Translations under genes and position numbers: made by a program
Shown: positions 39,796 through 50,398 of the stretch, piece by piece
How the letters are laid out: the number at the start of each line of letters is the position of its first letter
Numbering within the stretch: the stretch's first letter is position 1
The notes under the pieces: generated by a model
Told to the model about the DNA's origin: nothing
What the model saw: only the letters and a program-made list of their open reading frames with translations
Databases searched by the model: none
Assembly: GCA_041651455.1 (NCBI GenBank)
Contig: JBAZJG010000005.1
Location: forward strand, 3,882-67,881
Reading direction: 5' to 3'
DNA length: 64,000 bases
Source of the DNA: Candidatus Omnitrophota bacterium
Lineage (GTDB): Bacteria > Omnitrophota > Gorgyraeia > Pluralincolimonadales > Pluralincolimonadaceae

Positions 39796-42700
39796 GCGGG
39801 AATATGTCAAAGAGCGGCAAAAAAATAGCCATAGTGCTGGTAGCGGTCGCGGCCATCTTCATCACGGCGCGCTCGTGTATGCACCGTTCCGCGGATGTAC
39901 GGGACGCGGCCGGCACACAGCAACCGATCGCAGCCGGTGCCGCGCGTACAGATAACCCGCTCGACCATGCGCGGCAGCGCGATTCGGCTTTAAATGCCGG
40001 AGAATTGATATCCTTCATATTGGAATGGACCAACCCGGAGACCGGGCTGGTGCCTACAATCATATCAAAGAGCGGGCAAAAGAACCCTTTTGCCGACCTG
40101 TCTTATACGTACGCGCAGGCGGTTGCGCACCAGAACCTCATAATTGCGGGATCAAACGACAGGTCGCAGGCCGCCGCGGAGATATTCAGGCAGAGGGGAG
40201 AGACGAGGGATATACCTAACTGCTTCAACGTCCGGACCGGGTTTAGCGAGGACCCTTTGGTAACTGCCGGGCCAAACGCGTACTGGGGCATAAGTTTCAT
40301 AAGGGAATACAAGGCAACCGGCGACGAAAAGTGGCTTACGGCAGCAAAGAGGCGCGCAGATTTCCTGCTAAAACTGCAGACGGATGACGGCGGGATAAGA
40401 AAGAACCCCTTCCAGGGCAACGCGGAATATAAAGCCAAGTCGACAGAGGAGAACCTCGATTGCTATGCGCTGTTCGTGATGCTTTCCGATATCACAAAGG
40501 AGAATAAGTATGCGGTTGCCGCGTCCGATGTGCTCAAATGGCTTGCGGAAAGCGGTGTATATGACATAGAAGCGGGTTATTTTATCGCAGGCACATCGGA
40601 TGATCAGATGAACCCGTTGTATGCAACAGACGCGAACGCGCTCGCTATCATAATACTCGGCCCTGAGCTGCTCGATTCAGAAGGCAAGGTCCGGTTCGGC
40701 GGGGCCGGCACAAGCCGCAGGATCCTGGACAGCCTTGATGCGGCCAAGGTCAAAGTAGATTATCTCCATCCGTCCGGCGTCACGATAAAAGACCTAGAAG
40801 GATTCGATTTTACCGACAAATTCGGCAGGCCAGGCAGGAAACCAGTCCTGAGCCCCGAGTTCACTTCCCAGGCGGTGCTGGCATATCTGGTAATGGCAAG
40901 GCACGCGAAAGAGAAAGGAGATGCCGAGTATTCGGCCAAGCTGATCGAAGACGCGCGGCGTTATCTCGATAACCTAGGGAGGATGGCAGCGCGCACAGGG
41001 AAGTCGGCGTCACTGCCTTATGCCTCGGAGAAAGGGATTAGGCGTTATCCGTTCGACAACTGGCTGACGCCGCAGGGAGATGCGGATATATCGGCGACAT
41101 GGGCGTCATTCCCATTATCGGGATTCAATCCGTTCGCGCTTGAAGGGTTAGGGCTGCGTGATGCGCTGAAGGACTCCGCGGAATGGATGTCCGATACGGG
41201 TGAGGTCATAAAGCCCGAAAAAGCTTTCGTTATCCCCGAACCGGAGAAGATCATATCCGAAGCAGAGCTCATTGCCCAGCAGGAAGCGGCAAGGGAAGAG
41301 GCGATGAGGAAGCCGATCGTGTATTATAAGGTCCTTTACGACCAGGTCAATAAGGATGCGACTATTGCGAGAAGGAGAGTGATAGCCGTCCTGATGACAA
41401 GCTACAATTGCTGGTTCGACGGCGTGCTGGATACGGCGTCGCGGGACTATGACGTGATCGGCGTTGACGGGAATTATAAGGTTTTCTACAAAAGATTCCA
41501 GGACCTTCCGGAAGCGACAAGGAAAGCCGTGCAATCGGAATATGCCTATTTTGACGAGCCAACCGGCATAAAATGGAGGATGGCCCCGAAATACAATTTG
41601 TATCTAGACGGGCAGTATAAGCCGTATTATGCCTTCGAGATAGACGGCGATTACAACATAATCAGGCAGTTTGCGTCCGAGAGCGACATCCCTGAAGAGA
41701 ACAGGGCCGATCTCAAGAGCGCAAAAGCCCAATTCCAGTCCTCCCGCGGCCTTCCCGAGGGCCATCTTATAGCAAGGTATTTCACCGCGCTCGAAGTGGA
41801 CGACGAGATGAATATAACGAACTATTACGAAGCGATAGATGACCTTCCCGGCCTTGTCTCTAAAGTCCCGATAAGCGAGGATGAGTTCAGGAGGTATATA
41901 AAGGCGAAGGACTGGGAGAGGCTGGACCTGGTCTCTGCTGGCATCATACCTGATGAAAAAGGGATGCTTGCCGTACAGGAGAGAGGTATGTATTACGCAA
42001 GGGTCCTCGGCCTCGATGAGACGAGGAGGCTGCGTGTCGGTGGTGTCTCCGTAGCCAGCGGACGCGAGATAATCATGGGAACGAGGTTCAGTCTTACTAA
42101 CTGGCGCATAGGAGAGGCATCGAAAACTAACGCCGTCAAATACGAGATCGGGCTCATAAAAGGCATGGTCATAAAGCCGCGTGAACAGTTTACCGGAAGC
42201 GGCCCTTCACCGACGCAGCCGCTTTGGATATACCTCGGGGAAGATATGATCGCGTCCGAGACCGCGGAATTCAAGAGAAGGCTCATGAGCTTGTTGAAGC
42301 GCATCAAATCAGAGAAGGATGCGCAGACACGCCTCGAGCTCGTGGAACAATACGACCGGTTGGCCGGAGAGCTCGCCTGGTACGACGAGAACGGGTTCAT
42401 ACATGTTATCTATTATGGTGTAAAAGCTGCCGAAAAGAGGTTCGGGGATTTTGCGTCGGCAAAGGCAAGAGCGGAGAACAGCCTGAGGACCTACGAATCG
42501 ATCCTGGGTAAGGACCAACTCGGGCGGGACCTGCGCGATTCATACGGCCGCGTATGGCTAAAGGTCATAAACGAGGCGACCGGACGCATATTATACGTCG
42601 AGGTCTATGATATGGCGGGAAATCTCGAGACGATATATTCCGGGAAAATCGATATCGACCCGCTAACTAAGGAGGTCAGGTCCGAAATAAGGACCGATCT

Positions 42701-45700
42701 CGAGTACGACAAGGAGACCCTGCAGGTAGTCGGCAGCCACACATACCGCACGGACGAGAACGGGGATTGGGTGTCCGATATATCCGAGAGCATATTCAAA
42801 GGGTATACGCCCGACAAGAAGTATTTCGTTTCGGAGGTGCATATATTCGATAGGGACGAGGACGGCAGGATAATATTCGAGGACGGGAAAGCCAGGTATA
42901 CAAAGAAGATAGAATATTACACGCCTGAAGGCGATATATCGGCCCAGATGGTGAAGAATATAATTACTATAGTCAAGTACGGCGCCAACCATGAGGTCGT
43001 GAAAGAGGTATTTCTCGAGCGGCCCGGAAAGGTCCTGACAGGGGAGAACACGAACCTCGATAACCTGACGCAGGGCCTTGCGTGGGTCCGCAGGTACAAG
43101 ACGACAGGCAAGATCTTGACTTTCAAGGATTCGCTCGTGAAGTCCCTGACATCGCTGCCGGAAGAAGAAAGGGAAACGGCCGCGCTGCTGATATTGAACA
43201 GGCTCGGCGCGGAGAAGGTGGGCAGGATCAGCGATATCCTTATGCTGGAAGAGAACGAGGTCACGAACAACCTGACCGGCGACCCTGCCGCGGCCGGGGA
43301 GGCGCCCTATTTTGTGTTCTATGAACCGGGCGACAGTTTAGGCCGGCAAAGGCTCATAGTGCGCGGCGGTACGATGGAGGTCCCCGTTGACTGGATAGCC
43401 GAGGCCGATATACCTTCGAAGACGCTCACCTTCAACCTTGCCGGTGAATTGGTCTCGATAAGCGATGTCGACAGCTCTGTCCGCGCGGATTCCGTACTGC
43501 CTCCCGGATATATAGAAAGGATGGCGCCGCTCGGTATCAACGCCGATACGCTGCTGCCCCAGATGAAGAAGAGGATATTCAGGATGGTGACCGGCGAGGA
43601 CGGCCTGCCGCATTTCACGAATACGGTGGCCATAACGACGGTCAGCTACATGATACCCGACGACGTTCTCGGCAGGGAGCTCTTGAATGTCAAGTTTGTC
43701 ATGCTCGGGGACGAGACGACGCTCCACAGCGGCAGCGCGCTGAAGCTCAAGCGAAATATATTCGGCAGGGACACGCTTATCGAGTCGTGGAAGGACGAAA
43801 GGGGCGAGGCCCGCACCCGTGCTATAGCCAAGAAAGAGGATACCGTAGTATATGAATGGTATAAGGAAGGCCTCGGCACCGGCGAGCTGCGAGAGCGCCT
43901 GAAGTCCGAATGCGGCAAGATCGTGAAACGCAAGATACTGGAAGAGGCGCTTGAGAACGTCGCGGAGGCGCCGTTCGGCACAATGCCCGGCTATCACGTC
44001 ATAAAGCCGAACGGGCGTATAGGCGAGATCAAATATTTCTCCGGCACAGTCGAATATCCGCGCAGCGTCTTCAGTCATCCCGGGGTAAAGGTGCCTTATG
44101 AGACGGAAGCGCCGCCGTTCAAGCTTCCGGACGGTCCCCTGATAAGGGGAGTGAAATACGGCGTGTTGAATTCCGATTACGCGTTCTATGACGTGCATTC
44201 GCTCAGCGGCCAGCTGATAGTCCTCGAACGCCGTTTCATAATCCTGCGCCTCATGAACATACTGCCGGTGCAGGGCGGCAGGCAGACTGAATATTATGAC
44301 CCGCTCGTCCCGTATTCATACCTGAGGCCGATAAAGATAGAAAGGGATTTCAGGCCCGGCACACAACCCGAGGGCACGCAGCCGGGCACCCAGATCGTTG
44401 CGGTCTTTATCGGCGATGCGAGCATCTACCACCGTAACGGATGGCAGACCCAGACTTTCCTCGAGAGGAGGCCGTTCGATATAGAGCACTGGATACGCTC
44501 TGATTACGAGTTCGACGATAACGGCGTATATAAGTTCAAGAAAGAGCATATCGAAAGCAGTTCGATATACCTGATGAGGTCTATAAAATGGCAGAAGCCG
44601 CTAGCTTTCTTCGCGTTTGTGGCAGGCCTCTTCTTCCTGGCCGGGTATGTCTCGCGCAGCAGGCTTAAGGCAGGTAAGAGGTCCAGGATGGCTGTCGCGC
44701 GTGCGGCATCGCGGCCGTTCAGCAGGGAAGTGCTTGCGCGGCTCTCGGTACCTGAAGAGCTGAAAGCCGCCTGTATAAGGGTTTATGAAGGACATGAGCC
44801 GGTATCGGAACTCTTCGCCGCATCCGAAAAGGTCTTCAGGCCCAGGATCGAGGAATGCCTTCGCGGTTTCGGGGCCGACCCTGCCGGACATACGGCAAGC
44901 GTAAATGTCCTGCTGGACAGGATCGCGTGCCGGATCGGAAGGGAGGATATAAATTTAAGCAACCTGTTCGCAGTTGAAGCGAAAGAGTTCGGGGAATGGT
45001 CTAAGAAGAACGGGCATTCCGTCAACATTGCCGCAGGCAGGCCCGGCAGGGACGACCTGTCGGTGATAGTCCTCTTCAGGCTGGTATTCGACGAATCGAT
45101 GGAATTCAGGGCCGCCGTCACCGGGTTCAGGAATTACCTGCTCGATAAGTCGCTCGGGCTCCTTGACGAAGGCAGGAAAGGCGATATATTGCGCGAGATA
45201 CGCGGCGATACTCTCGCTTTCCTCGAGGCCTTAAGGCCTGGTTATGACAGGAAGCTCGGGCTCACTAAGGAATATATATTCACGTATGATGACATGAGCG
45301 AGCTCTTTGAAGGAAAGAGGCCAGGTTTCATCGCCTCATTCTCCCAGCTGGCAGGAAAGACCGCCGAGCAAAAACTCTCCTGGCTCGCGTCAAGGGCGGG
45401 CAAGGATGCCGCCGCGGACGTGAAGTCATACAAGAGCTACATATGGCTCAAGACGTTCCCTGATAAGGCCGGCGTTCCGCAGTTCGTCTGGAACCTTAGG
45501 CGCTTCTGGGAATTTCTCGTGCCGATGTTCGCGGCAGTGACTCTGGGCGGCGTAGCGATAGCCCTGAAACGGATACCGTTCGCCCAACGCCTCTCCGGTG
45601 CGATGGGCCCGATAGGAGCCACCTTTGTCGAGGTAACGGCCCTGATATTTATCGGCCTCATCATAACTATGGCCTTCAAGAGGCGGACACTCGGCGATTA

Positions 45701-48700
45701 CAGGCCCGCGCTGAGGGATGCGGCCGGGAGCAAGGAGCTCAGGCGCTCGATCAGGCTGTTCTGGATAATGTTCGGCTCGGCTTCTTATCTCTGGGGCCTC
45801 TTCAGCATATTCGTGATAATCTGGACCGTCAGGATCATAAGCAAACTCACGTTCGTGAGCGCCGGATGGGGCCTGTTCATCAACGTGAGCGCGCTGCTGC
45901 TCACCTTCACGTTCATACTGTCGAGCTTCTTCTCGCTCTTTTATATCATAATAGCGTTGATAGGGTTTTACCGCGGCAAGAGGGAAGGCATCGGCCAGGT
46001 CATATCATGGGCCCAGATGAGGAGGAAGTTCGAGGCATCCAGGCGGTGCTTCGGGCAGATCATCACTCCGTCCGAAGCGTTTTGGAAATCATATTGGAAT
46101 TCCATGATAACGGAACTCTACGATTATTATGTCATCAGTGCCGCGGAGAGGGATGGGCTGGTTTATTCGGAAAAGAACGCGGTGCCGAAGCTATCCTCAC
46201 AGCCGCGTGCCGAAGAGGCCTCCGAAAGGATGCGCCTGTACGTAAACAGCTGGCTTATGGAGATGCCGAAGGCATGCTCCTGGAACGACCTGCCGACCTT
46301 CACGGCAATGGTAACGGCTTTCAATGAGCCGGTAAGCTTCTCGTTCGACGAGCTGAACGGCTGCGACAGGGGGGCCGAGGTCACGAGGCTTAACCACCTG
46401 ATCGGGTTCTATAGGCCGCAGTGGGAAGAATTTGTCGGCAGGCTAAATTCCGCCGACCTCGGGCATTATATCACGAGGGAACAGCTAAAGCTGCTCTTCG
46501 GCCTGAAGAAGCTGCCCGAAGGGCTCCCTGAACAACTGAAGGAAAAGATCAGGAAGTGGGCAAACCTGACGGTCCAGTGCGTCGAGAAGACGGCCGTGGA
46601 GGTATACAGGATACGCGACGCTTTCGCGGCATACGCACGGGCCTGCTATCCCGGAATCTCCGAGAAGGCGGTATCGGAGATGGTCTCTGATAAGGTCCAG
46701 ATACTGCTGAATTACGAGGGCTACCACAGCGCCGCGACCCGCGATTCCGACAAGGAGGCCCTGAGGAGGATCATGAAGGAGCTCCCGTTCCTTGACGTAT
46801 ACTGGGCGGCGCCGGAAGGCGACGAGAAGGGAACGGACCGCGGGCTCCACCGCTATAACCCGTCGACAGACAGCATAGAGCTTATAGAGACCGCGCCGTT
46901 CACCTCCACGGTCAAGAAAGGCAAGCCGAGCGGGCTGAACCAGGCGCTGCCGTTCGTGAAGGGCGAGACGGTCCTTTTCTTCGACGCGAACTGCTCGGTC
47001 AGGATAGAGGACGCCCTGAAACTGCCCGTCGCGCTTTCCGAGTTCGCGGACGACCCGTCGCTCGGCGAAGTCCTGTTCGCGGAATACATATTCAACAAGA
47101 ACTACTCCTGGATCTCCCAGGCGATAGGTTTCAACGAGGAGACCTTCGTTTCGGTGACCCAGAGGACGCTTAACATCTTCCAGGCCTGCGGTTTCTACGG
47201 CCACAGCGCGATAATAAAGACAGACATGATAACCGCGGCCTGCGGCCTGCCGCAGGATTACATATCGGAGGACATACTCCTTGCCACGGCATTATGGAAA
47301 AAGGGCCTGAGGACCTCGCACAAAGAATACCTGACCTTCGGGAAGGGCAGGGAGACCTCGTATTTCACGAGCCTCGTGCCGCTGACGAAGTGGGCGATGG
47401 GTTCTTCCGACGCCGCGATAGGCCGCGTCATGCGCGGCATACTCGATTCGAGGAATGTCCATGTCGCGCAGAAGTTCATGCTGATGTTCGGGTTCTCGTT
47501 CTTCTACCAGACCCCGCTGATGTTCGTGATAAACTTCCTTTACCTGTGGCTGATGATCTGCTGGGGCATAAACGGTTTCATGGCGGTCCCGTACCCGATA
47601 GTCTTCGGTATCCTCGGCCTGCTCTTCAACCAGGCGATAACCGCTACCGGCGTCGCGTACCTCGTGGAACATTACGGTTTCAGGAAGTCCTTCTCCGCAT
47701 ACATGAAGCTTGTCGCGAAGAACCATTTCTTTTACGCGTCGGTCATACCCGCGTACGCGTTCGGTTTCCTCGCAGGCCTGAAGGGAAAGGCAGTCTTTAT
47801 CATAAGCCCGAAGGGATGGAACCTGGGCCACCTGCCCCTCAAGACGATATGGGGGGAGAAGAGGGCCATACTGAAGGCGGCGCTCTTCAGCACCATGGTA
47901 GGCCTTCCGCTCGCATACCTGTTCGTGTCGACCGAGACGGTCCCGTTATGGATAAGCCCGTTCATACCGTTCCTGCCGTTCGCCGTAGTTGCGGCTATGT
48001 ACTTGGCCGGCCTCAGGTGGAAAGAGACGGGATTGGGTTTCCTGAAGGATTGGCGCGACGAGATAGTCCCCGACGGCGACATCCGCAAGATGTCCGTCAT
48101 AAAGCTGCAGATGATATACGCGATGGTCTTGCTTGTCTTCACGGGAGTCGGCTTCGTCATGTGGGGCCTTATATTCTCATCCCTGGCGGTCAAGGCGCTG
48201 TTCATATTCTCGGTCCTTTACATAAGCACGACGCTGTCGTTCATAATAATGCCGCTCTTTGCGCATTCGCAGCCGGTCGCGCTGTTCAAGGAGATAACGA
48301 TATCCAAGTTCTGGAATTACGCGGTGATACCGATGCTGCTGGCGAGCATTGTTCTCGGCGCGGTCTCTATAATGTCGAGCCCCGCGACGGCATCGCCCGA
48401 ATCCGTCGTCTATACGCTTCTCGGCATATCGATGCTTGTCGGATGGGCGCTGCTTAAGTGGAAGCTCAGCGGGTATGCGAGGCTTGACAGGTGGCTCAGG
48501 CAGAACCTGGCCGGATACGCATCCTCTTCGCCGGTACGCAAAGCCGACCTCATGGATGACATATACTTCGCTCACCAGGAGTTGATCCAGAGCGACAGGC
48601 AGGAGGAGCTTAAATACAGCAGGAAGGCCGGGAAGGCCAAAGCCGTGTTCGTGTTCACGCTGTCGGCCGCGTTGCTGATGTATTTCACGTCGGAATTCTA

Positions 48701-49019
48701 CCCGAGGTTCTTCAGCAACTGGATATGGATCGTTATCGCGATCGAGGCGGTCTACCTGCTGATATTGAACGTCGAGCATACTAAGGGCGACAGGATATAC
48801 CTGGGCAAGTTATTCAGCGAAATAATGATTAATGATTTCAACAGGCTCAATGAGAATGTCAGGGCCATGGAAGACATCTGGAAGAAACTGGACAGGATAT
48901 ACAAGGCCAAGCTTATCAGGACCTATGAGGACGAAGTCAGGGCCAAGAGGGCGATGACCGTTTACATGTCCAGGTGCATAAGGTCGTGGGAGGCGGGACA
49001 GCAGCAGAAGCCTACTTAG
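39792..49019 (+). CDS. Giant (3075 aa) membrane protein fusing an exported region to an OpgH/MdoH-like GT2 glucan synthase. Order: N-terminal signal-anchor, exported region with an (alpha/alpha)6-like module, re-entrant transmembrane segment, cytoplasmic linker, transmembrane cluster, GT2 catalytic core, C-terminal multi-transmembrane bundle.
   Basis: N-terminus 'KKIAIVLVAVAAIFITA'. (alpha/alpha)6-like helical hairpins ('YWGISFIREYKATGDEKWLTAAKRRADFLLKLQTDDGG'). Transmembrane segment at aa ~1598 'PLAFFAFVAGLFFLAGYV'. GT2 motifs 'TAFNEP', 'GKPSGLNQAL', 'LFFDANCS', 'GHSAIIK', 'SEDILLATALWKKGLRT', 'TKWAMG'. About 8 C-terminal transmembrane helices. Confidence 0.7.
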   Translation: MSGNMSKSGKKIAIVLVAVAAIFITARSCMHRSADVRDAAGTQQPIAAGAARTDNPLDHARQRDSALNAGELISFILEWTNPETGLVPTIISKSGQKNPFADLSYTYAQAVAHQNLIIAGSNDRSQAAAEIFRQRGETRDIPNCFNVRTGFSEDPLVTAGPNAYWGISFIREYKATGDEKWLTAAKRRADFLLKLQTDDGGIRKNPFQGNAEYKAKSTEENLDCYALFVMLSDITKENKYAVAASDVLKWLAESGVYDIEAGYFIAGTSDDQMNPLYATDANALAIIILGPELLDSEGKVRFGGAGTSRRILDSLDAAKVKVDYLHPSGVTIKDLEGFDFTDKFGRPGRKPVLSPEFTSQAVLAYLVMARHAKEKGDAEYSAKLIEDARRYLDNLGRMAARTGKSASLPYASEKGIRRYPFDNWLTPQGDADISATWASFPLSGFNPFALEGLGLRDALKDSAEWMSDTGEVIKPEKAFVIPEPEKIISEAELIAQQEAAREEAMRKPIVYYKVLYDQVNKDATIARRRVIAVLMTSYNCWFDGVLDTASRDYDVIGVDGNYKVFYKRFQDLPEATRKAVQSEYAYFDEPTGIKWRMAPKYNLYLDGQYKPYYAFEIDGDYNIIRQFASESDIPEENRADLKSAKAQFQSSRGLPEGHLIARYFTALEVDDEMNITNYYEAIDDLPGLVSKVPISEDEFRRYIKAKDWERLDLVSAGIIPDEKGMLAVQERGMYYARVLGLDETRRLRVGGVSVASGREIIMGTRFSLTNWRIGEASKTNAVKYEIGLIKGMVIKPREQFTGSGPSPTQPLWIYLGEDMIASETAEFKRRLMSLLKRIKSEKDAQTRLELVEQYDRLAGELAWYDENGFIHVIYYGVKAAEKRFGDFASAKARAENSLRTYESILGKDQLGRDLRDSYGRVWLKVINEATGRILYVEVYDMAGNLETIYSGKIDIDPLTKEVRSEIRTDLEYDKETLQVVGSHTYRTDENGDWVSDISESIFKGYTPDKKYFVSEVHIFDRDEDGRIIFEDGKARYTKKIEYYTPEGDISAQMVKNIITIVKYGANHEVVKEVFLERPGKVLTGENTNLDNLTQGLAWVRRYKTTGKILTFKDSLVKSLTSLPEEERETAALLILNRLGAEKVGRISDILMLEENEVTNNLTGDPAAAGEAPYFVFYEPGDSLGRQRLIVRGGTMEVPVDWIAEADIPSKTLTFNLAGELVSISDVDSSVRADSVLPPGYIERMAPLGINADTLLPQMKKRIFRMVTGEDGLPHFTNTVAITTVSYMIPDDVLGRELLNVKFVMLGDETTLHSGSALKLKRNIFGRDTLIESWKDERGEARTRAIAKKEDTVVYEWYKEGLGTGELRERLKSECGKIVKRKILEEALENVAEAPFGTMPGYHVIKPNGRIGEIKYFSGTVEYPRSVFSHPGVKVPYETEAPPFKLPDGPLIRGVKYGVLNSDYAFYDVHSLSGQLIVLERRFIILRLMNILPVQGGRQTEYYDPLVPYSYLRPIKIERDFRPGTQPEGTQPGTQIVAVFIGDASIYHRNGWQTQTFLERRPFDIEHWIRSDYEFDDNGVYKFKKEHIESSSIYLMRSIKWQKPLAFFAFVAGLFFLAGYVSRSRLKAGKRSRMAVARAASRPFSREVLARLSVPEELKAACIRVYEGHEPVSELFAASEKVFRPRIEECLRGFGADPAGHTASVNVLLDRIACRIGREDINLSNLFAVEAKEFGEWSKKNGHSVNIAAGRPGRDDLSVIVLFRLVFDESMEFRAAVTGFRNYLLDKSLGLLDEGRKGDILREIRGDTLAFLEALRPGYDRKLGLTKEYIFTYDDMSELFEGKRPGFIASFSQLAGKTAEQKLSWLASRAGKDAAADVKSYKSYIWLKTFPDKAGVPQFVWNLRRFWEFLVPMFAAVTLGGVAIALKRIPFAQRLSGAMGPIGATFVEVTALIFIGLIITMAFKRRTLGDYRPALRDAAGSKELRRSIRLFWIMFGSASYLWGLFSIFVIIWTVRIISKLTFVSAGWGLFINVSALLLTFTFILSSFFSLFYIIIALIGFYRGKREGIGQVISWAQMRRKFEASRRCFGQIITPSEAFWKSYWNSMITELYDYYVISAAERDGLVYSEKNAVPKLSSQPRAEEASERMRLYVNSWLMEMPKACSWNDLPTFTAMVTAFNEPVSFSFDELNGCDRGAEVTRLNHLIGFYRPQWEEFVGRLNSADLGHYITREQLKLLFGLKKLPEGLPEQLKEKIRKWANLTVQCVEKTAVEVYRIRDAFAAYARACYPGISEKAVSEMVSDKVQILLNYEGYHSAATRDSDKEALRRIMKELPFLDVYWAAPEGDEKGTDRGLHRYNPSTDSIELIETAPFTSTVKKGKPSGLNQALPFVKGETVLFFDANCSVRIEDALKLPVALSEFADDPSLGEVLFAEYIFNKNYSWISQAIGFNEETFVSVTQRTLNIFQACGFYGHSAIIKTDMITAACGLPQDYISEDILLATALWKKGLRTSHKEYLTFGKGRETSYFTSLVPLTKWAMGSSDAAIGRVMRGILDSRNVHVAQKFMLMFGFSFFYQTPLMFVINFLYLWLMICWGINGFMAVPYPIVFGILGLLFNQAITATGVAYLVEHYGFRKSFSAYMKLVAKNHFFYASVIPAYAFGFLAGLKGKAVFIISPKGWNLGHLPLKTIWGEKRAILKAALFSTMVGLPLAYLFVSTETVPLWISPFIPFLPFAVVAAMYLAGLRWKETGLGFLKDWRDEIVPDGDIRKMSVIKLQMIYAMVLLVFTGVGFVMWGLIFSSLAVKALFIFSVLYISTTLSFIIMPLFAHSQPVALFKEITISKFWNYAVIPMLLASIVLGAVSIMSSPATASPESVVYTLLGISMLVGWALLKWKLSGYARLDRWLRQNLAGYASSSPVRKADLMDDIYFAHQELIQSDRQEELKYSRKAGKAKAVFVFTLSAALLMYFTSEFYPRFFSNWIWIVIAIEAVYLLILNVEHTKGDRIYLGKLFSEIMINDFNRLNENVRAMEDIWKKLDRIYKAKLIRTYEDEVRAKRAMTVYMSRCIRSWEAGQQQKPT

Positions 49020-50391
49020 TATTGTAGCTTTCTTTCAAAACCTCGTGGTAGTAGAGCCAATCGTCGCTAACCTTCTTCATCGCGCTGTAGAGGTTCCTGT
49101 AATCGTCGTAGATATCGCATTCGAACTCGATATTACGCCTTCCGCTCAGGAAATGCGCGAAGAGCTTGTAGTTCATCTCCTTGCGCAGGAAGTTCTTCTT
49201 CTTGAGGGCATAGAAGAGCGATCCGCTGCCTTCGAAGCAGTTCATTATCCTTACCCATTCGCAGGCGATGAATATGCAGTTCTTGTAGCTTCCGAACAGG
49301 TCGACCGTGTCGCAGTCGATGAATACGCATGATTCGAGCTTGCTCGACGGTTTTATCTTCTTGCTCCTGACGAAATAGTTGCCGTTCTCGTCCGGTTTGG
49401 ATATCTGCGCGGTCAGCTTGCGCAGCAATTCGAGATATGTCATTATGTTTGACGCCCAGTCGATCCAGTAGCCCCTGGCGATGGCGCCGCCGACGCTTAT
49501 CTCGTATTGCTGAAGGCATTCCCTCATTGCGAGCTGTATCTTCGATAGCGCCTTCTTCTCCAGGACGAGCGACTCGCAGACCAGCTTGTTGAAGCTCCAT
49601 TCGGTCGCGTTCAGGTGCGCGATGAAGTCCTTGTTCTTCTCCTTGGAGCAGAAGAGGTCGACCGCGTTCTGCAGCTTATCCAGGCTGTCTTTTGTGGTGA
49701 ATAGCTGGAACGTATTCGCGAGCGTCATACCCTTTGTATATTTAGGTATCAATTTTTCGTCGAAGGTCTTTTCGTAAAAAGAGGATATGCCGTTATTAGA
49801 GTCGAGCTTAGCCGTGCCGAGGCTCCCGAGGGCCCTGTTTATCTGTATCGGGGTCAGCAGCATGGAAGCCGTATGCGAGTTAAGCGATCTCAGCAGGCCG
49901 TTTATGTCCACATCGGCGTAATCGAAACACTGGTCGATCGGAAGTATGATAACCGTGTTCTTCAAAAGCGGGATGCTCTTGGCGATGCACGGAAGAAGCA
50001 TGTCCGGCGCCCGGCCTTCGGGGAACCTTATGCTCGCCTTTGACGGCGTGCCGAATTCATAAGAGAGGGGGAATATCCTCGTGGCGAGGCCGGCGTCATG
50101 GATATATACAATAGTATCGAAGGAATCAAGCTTCTTCTTGGAAAGGAGCCTCTTTATACGCTCGTGGGTCTTGAGGTAACCGGTAAGGTTACCGCGGGTC
50201 TGGCCCATCTCGGCCATCCCGACAAGCTCGACGTCTATCGTCTTGTTATACCGCTCCCTGAGCTTCTTCTTGAAGAGCTGTTTGAGGTCGAGAGAGAACT
50301 CAAGCTTATCATAAGAGTTCAGTACGAGCAGTACCCTGTCCGCGACCTCATTTTTTACTTTTAGGTTCTCCAGTACGGTAGTCTTAGCCAT
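49012..50391 (-). CDS. Hypothetical protein, convergent to and overlapping the giant gene end by 8 nt. The C-terminal region has hexapeptide-repeat-like (left-handed beta-helix) character. Possibly sugar-nucleotide related. Visibly lower GC than its neighbours.
   Basis: 'MAKTTVLENLKVKNEVADRVLLVLNSYDKLEF...'. C-terminal 'CVFIDCDTVDLFGSYKNCIFIACEWVRI'. K/N/F/Y-rich composition. Confidence 0.45.
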   Translation of the reverse strand: MAKTTVLENLKVKNEVADRVLLVLNSYDKLEFSLDLKQLFKKKLRERYNKTIDVELVGMAEMGQTRGNLTGYLKTHERIKRLLSKKKLDSFDTIVYIHDAGLATRIFPLSYEFGTPSKASIRFPEGRAPDMLLPCIAKSIPLLKNTVIILPIDQCFDYADVDINGLLRSLNSHTASMLLTPIQINRALGSLGTAKLDSNNGISSFYEKTFDEKLIPKYTKGMTLANTFQLFTTKDSLDKLQNAVDLFCSKEKNKDFIAHLNATEWSFNKLVCESLVLEKKALSKIQLAMRECLQQYEISVGGAIARGYWIDWASNIMTYLELLRKLTAQISKPDENGNYFVRSKKIKPSSKLESCVFIDCDTVDLFGSYKNCIFIACEWVRIMNCFEGSGSLFYALKKKNFLRKEMNYKLFAHFLSGRRNIEFECDIYDDYRNLYSAMKKVSDDWLYYHEVLKESYNTK

Positions 50392-50398
50392 TTACGAA

